A stretch of DNA of 20,000 bases from positions 69,747 to 89,746 of the forward strand of contig JBNGIO010006371.1 of the NCBI GenBank assembly GCA_049999805.1, in the 5' to 3' direction. Origin of the DNA: Folioceros fuciformis (taxonomy: Eukaryota). This document shows positions 18,535-20,000 of the stretch, piece after piece. A program made the translations under genes and the position numbers. Numbering within the stretch: the stretch's first letter is position 1; each line of letters begins with the position of its first letter. The notes under the pieces were generated by a model. The model saw nothing but the letters and a program-made list of their open reading frames with translations. It made no database searches and was not told where the DNA came from.

Positions 18535-20000
18535 TCACGCTGCTTTGTTTTTCTTCGGCATTCTGTATCCGCCGATTACGCAAGCATGGTCCCTCTCAAA
18601 AGGTTCCAAAGTGACTTGCTCTGATGGTTTGAACTGTTCCTTTTGCAATTTCTTTACTTCGTCCGCAAACACGGCTTCCGCCGGTACTGTCGAGTCAATA
18701 CAATTGGCCTAAACGTCAAAACAGGTCAAAACGTCAGAGCCTGCCAAGAAGCACTCCTTCGCAGAAATGGATTAAAATATCAAGCTTAAATCTCAAGGTC
18801 ACCTTAATTGATATTACGAAATGGCCTCCGATCTTCAAGAAATTGTGCGCATTGAGGGCAACAATTCGGGCCTTCACAGACAGCAAGAGCATAAAATGGA
18901 GTACAATGCATTACAGTTCAGGTAGGAAGTCCACAGTAGTTAGAGTAGGAAGGTACAGAAACTTTAGTGTCAGAATATGGATTTTCACTAACAAGGACAG
19001 TGAAGGGGAATCCAATATCTCATCATCCACTCTCTCGAACGACACACAATCTGGAAAAAGATTTAGAACAGCAGAGACAACGAAGCACTGAAACACGTCT
19101 CGTACCTGGTCCGGTTGAGCAACATCAGCGAAAATGACATCAACCATTCCAACAAGAAATCGGTATCTAGCAGGGTGGCGCGCATCCTCAATGATAGGGA
19201 TAACATTAGTTCTTTTCTTAGCCATGTTCACCAGATCTCGACCACTCCGATGAGAGAATTCCACAGCATAGACAATTCCTGTCTGCAGAGGTTAAACAAC
19301 AGGCACGGTTAGTAAGCCCCACGGACAAACCTACCACCTGAATGATGGATAGCAGCCAAACCCTCGTATTCAAAGCAGCTTACCGGACCGATGAGGTCAG
19401 AAACATGGGATACAGTTGTCCCTGAAGCAGCTCCAAGGTAAAGCACATGCGACCCAGGTTTCTGCAGCCAATACGGGCGTCAAACCCTAACCATATTTGC
19501 CAAATTACAGAAGCTACACCACCAGACCATCCCTTCTGCAGCAACACAAACCTATCGCGGGACTTACAATGTGAATATTATCAACACCACCAAGAATGGC
19601 CGCCGCAAGCTTCGAACGGAAAGGGTTCCAGACCCTGTACTCCAACTTACTCCCATCATCGTTCTGCAAGACCCGGCCATCAAAAAAAAATCCAACTACC
19701 GAGCATCCAATGTACTTGAAACAAAGATACTTACGCTAACACTGATCCTCTTCTCTCCGTACACACTCTCCCCGCTGACGAGGTTCTTAGTGACAAGCGC
19801 GTCTTCTTTGGCCTTGGCCACGAACACACCTTCGTGCCGGTGCGGCTCGATGACAACCTTGGAGCCACCCTTCATTCCACCTCGTCCTCCACCTCTACCT
19901 CCTCGTCCTCCTCGACCACCTCCCCTGTCTCCGCCTCCACCCCTGCCCCTCCCGCCACCTCGACGACCACCCCCTCGGCCACCCCGGCCCCCACCATCGC
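18535..20000 (-). CDS. FIB: Fibrillarin (rRNA 2'-O-methyltransferase), 5' end outside window; exons >20000-19735, 19663-19568, 19461-19384, 19282-19106, 18871-18803, 18708-18535
   Basis: RGG/GAR region, [88 protein letters not shown]. All introns are GT-AG and in frame. Confidence 0.98.
18966..19031 (-). ncRNA. Intronic box C/D snoRNA in fibrillarin (U60f/snoR60-like), guide for 25S rRNA
   Basis: Minus strand: AGTG-g-ATGATGA (box C, 19026-19020)-gatattGGATTCCCCTT (19013-19003)-...-CTGA (box D, 18973-18970)-CACT. It has a 4-bp terminal stem. The guide is complementary to the LSU rRNA segment AAGGGGAAUCC (recalled from memory). It lies in the longest fibrillarin intron in the window (234 nt). 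Confidence 0.9.
19482..19490 (+). promoter_or_regulatory. Telo-box motif (AAACCCTAA) in a fibrillarin intron
   Basis: Exact motif. It is known to be enriched in plant ribosome-biogenesis genes, but a single occurrence may be chance. Confidence 0.3.

Noticed and set aside
19860-20000. C-rich low-complexity repeat
   Set aside because: Explained by the fibrillarin RGG/GAR coding region.

Overview
Gene-dense eukaryotic DNA from a land plant. The short GT-AG introns and secretory-type PPOs suggest a compact-genome seed-free plant, but that is inference. Left to right: a 10-exon cytosolic-type ascorbate peroxidase (-), a 100-N gap, and a probable decayed Cys-rich (DnaJ zinc-finger-like) gene. Next come two divergent, intronless, AT-rich polyphenol oxidase paralogues with signal peptides instead of plastid transit peptides. 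These are followed by an intact 4-exon carboxylesterase (CXE18-like, +), a PFP-beta gene with only one intron (-), an AT-hook MNM1-like gene (+), a minisatellite, and fibrillarin (-, 5' end outside the window). One fibrillarin intron hosts a box C/D snoRNA with a 25S rRNA guide (U60f/snoR60-like). The ~3.7 kb between the two PPOs, which the ORF track does not explain, holds three decayed CXE copies and two decayed PFP-beta copies. Their layout points to repeated inverted duplication of the CXE-PFP block and of a head-to-head PPO-CXE unit, in which only the PPOs survived. All alignments and exon models were made by eye.
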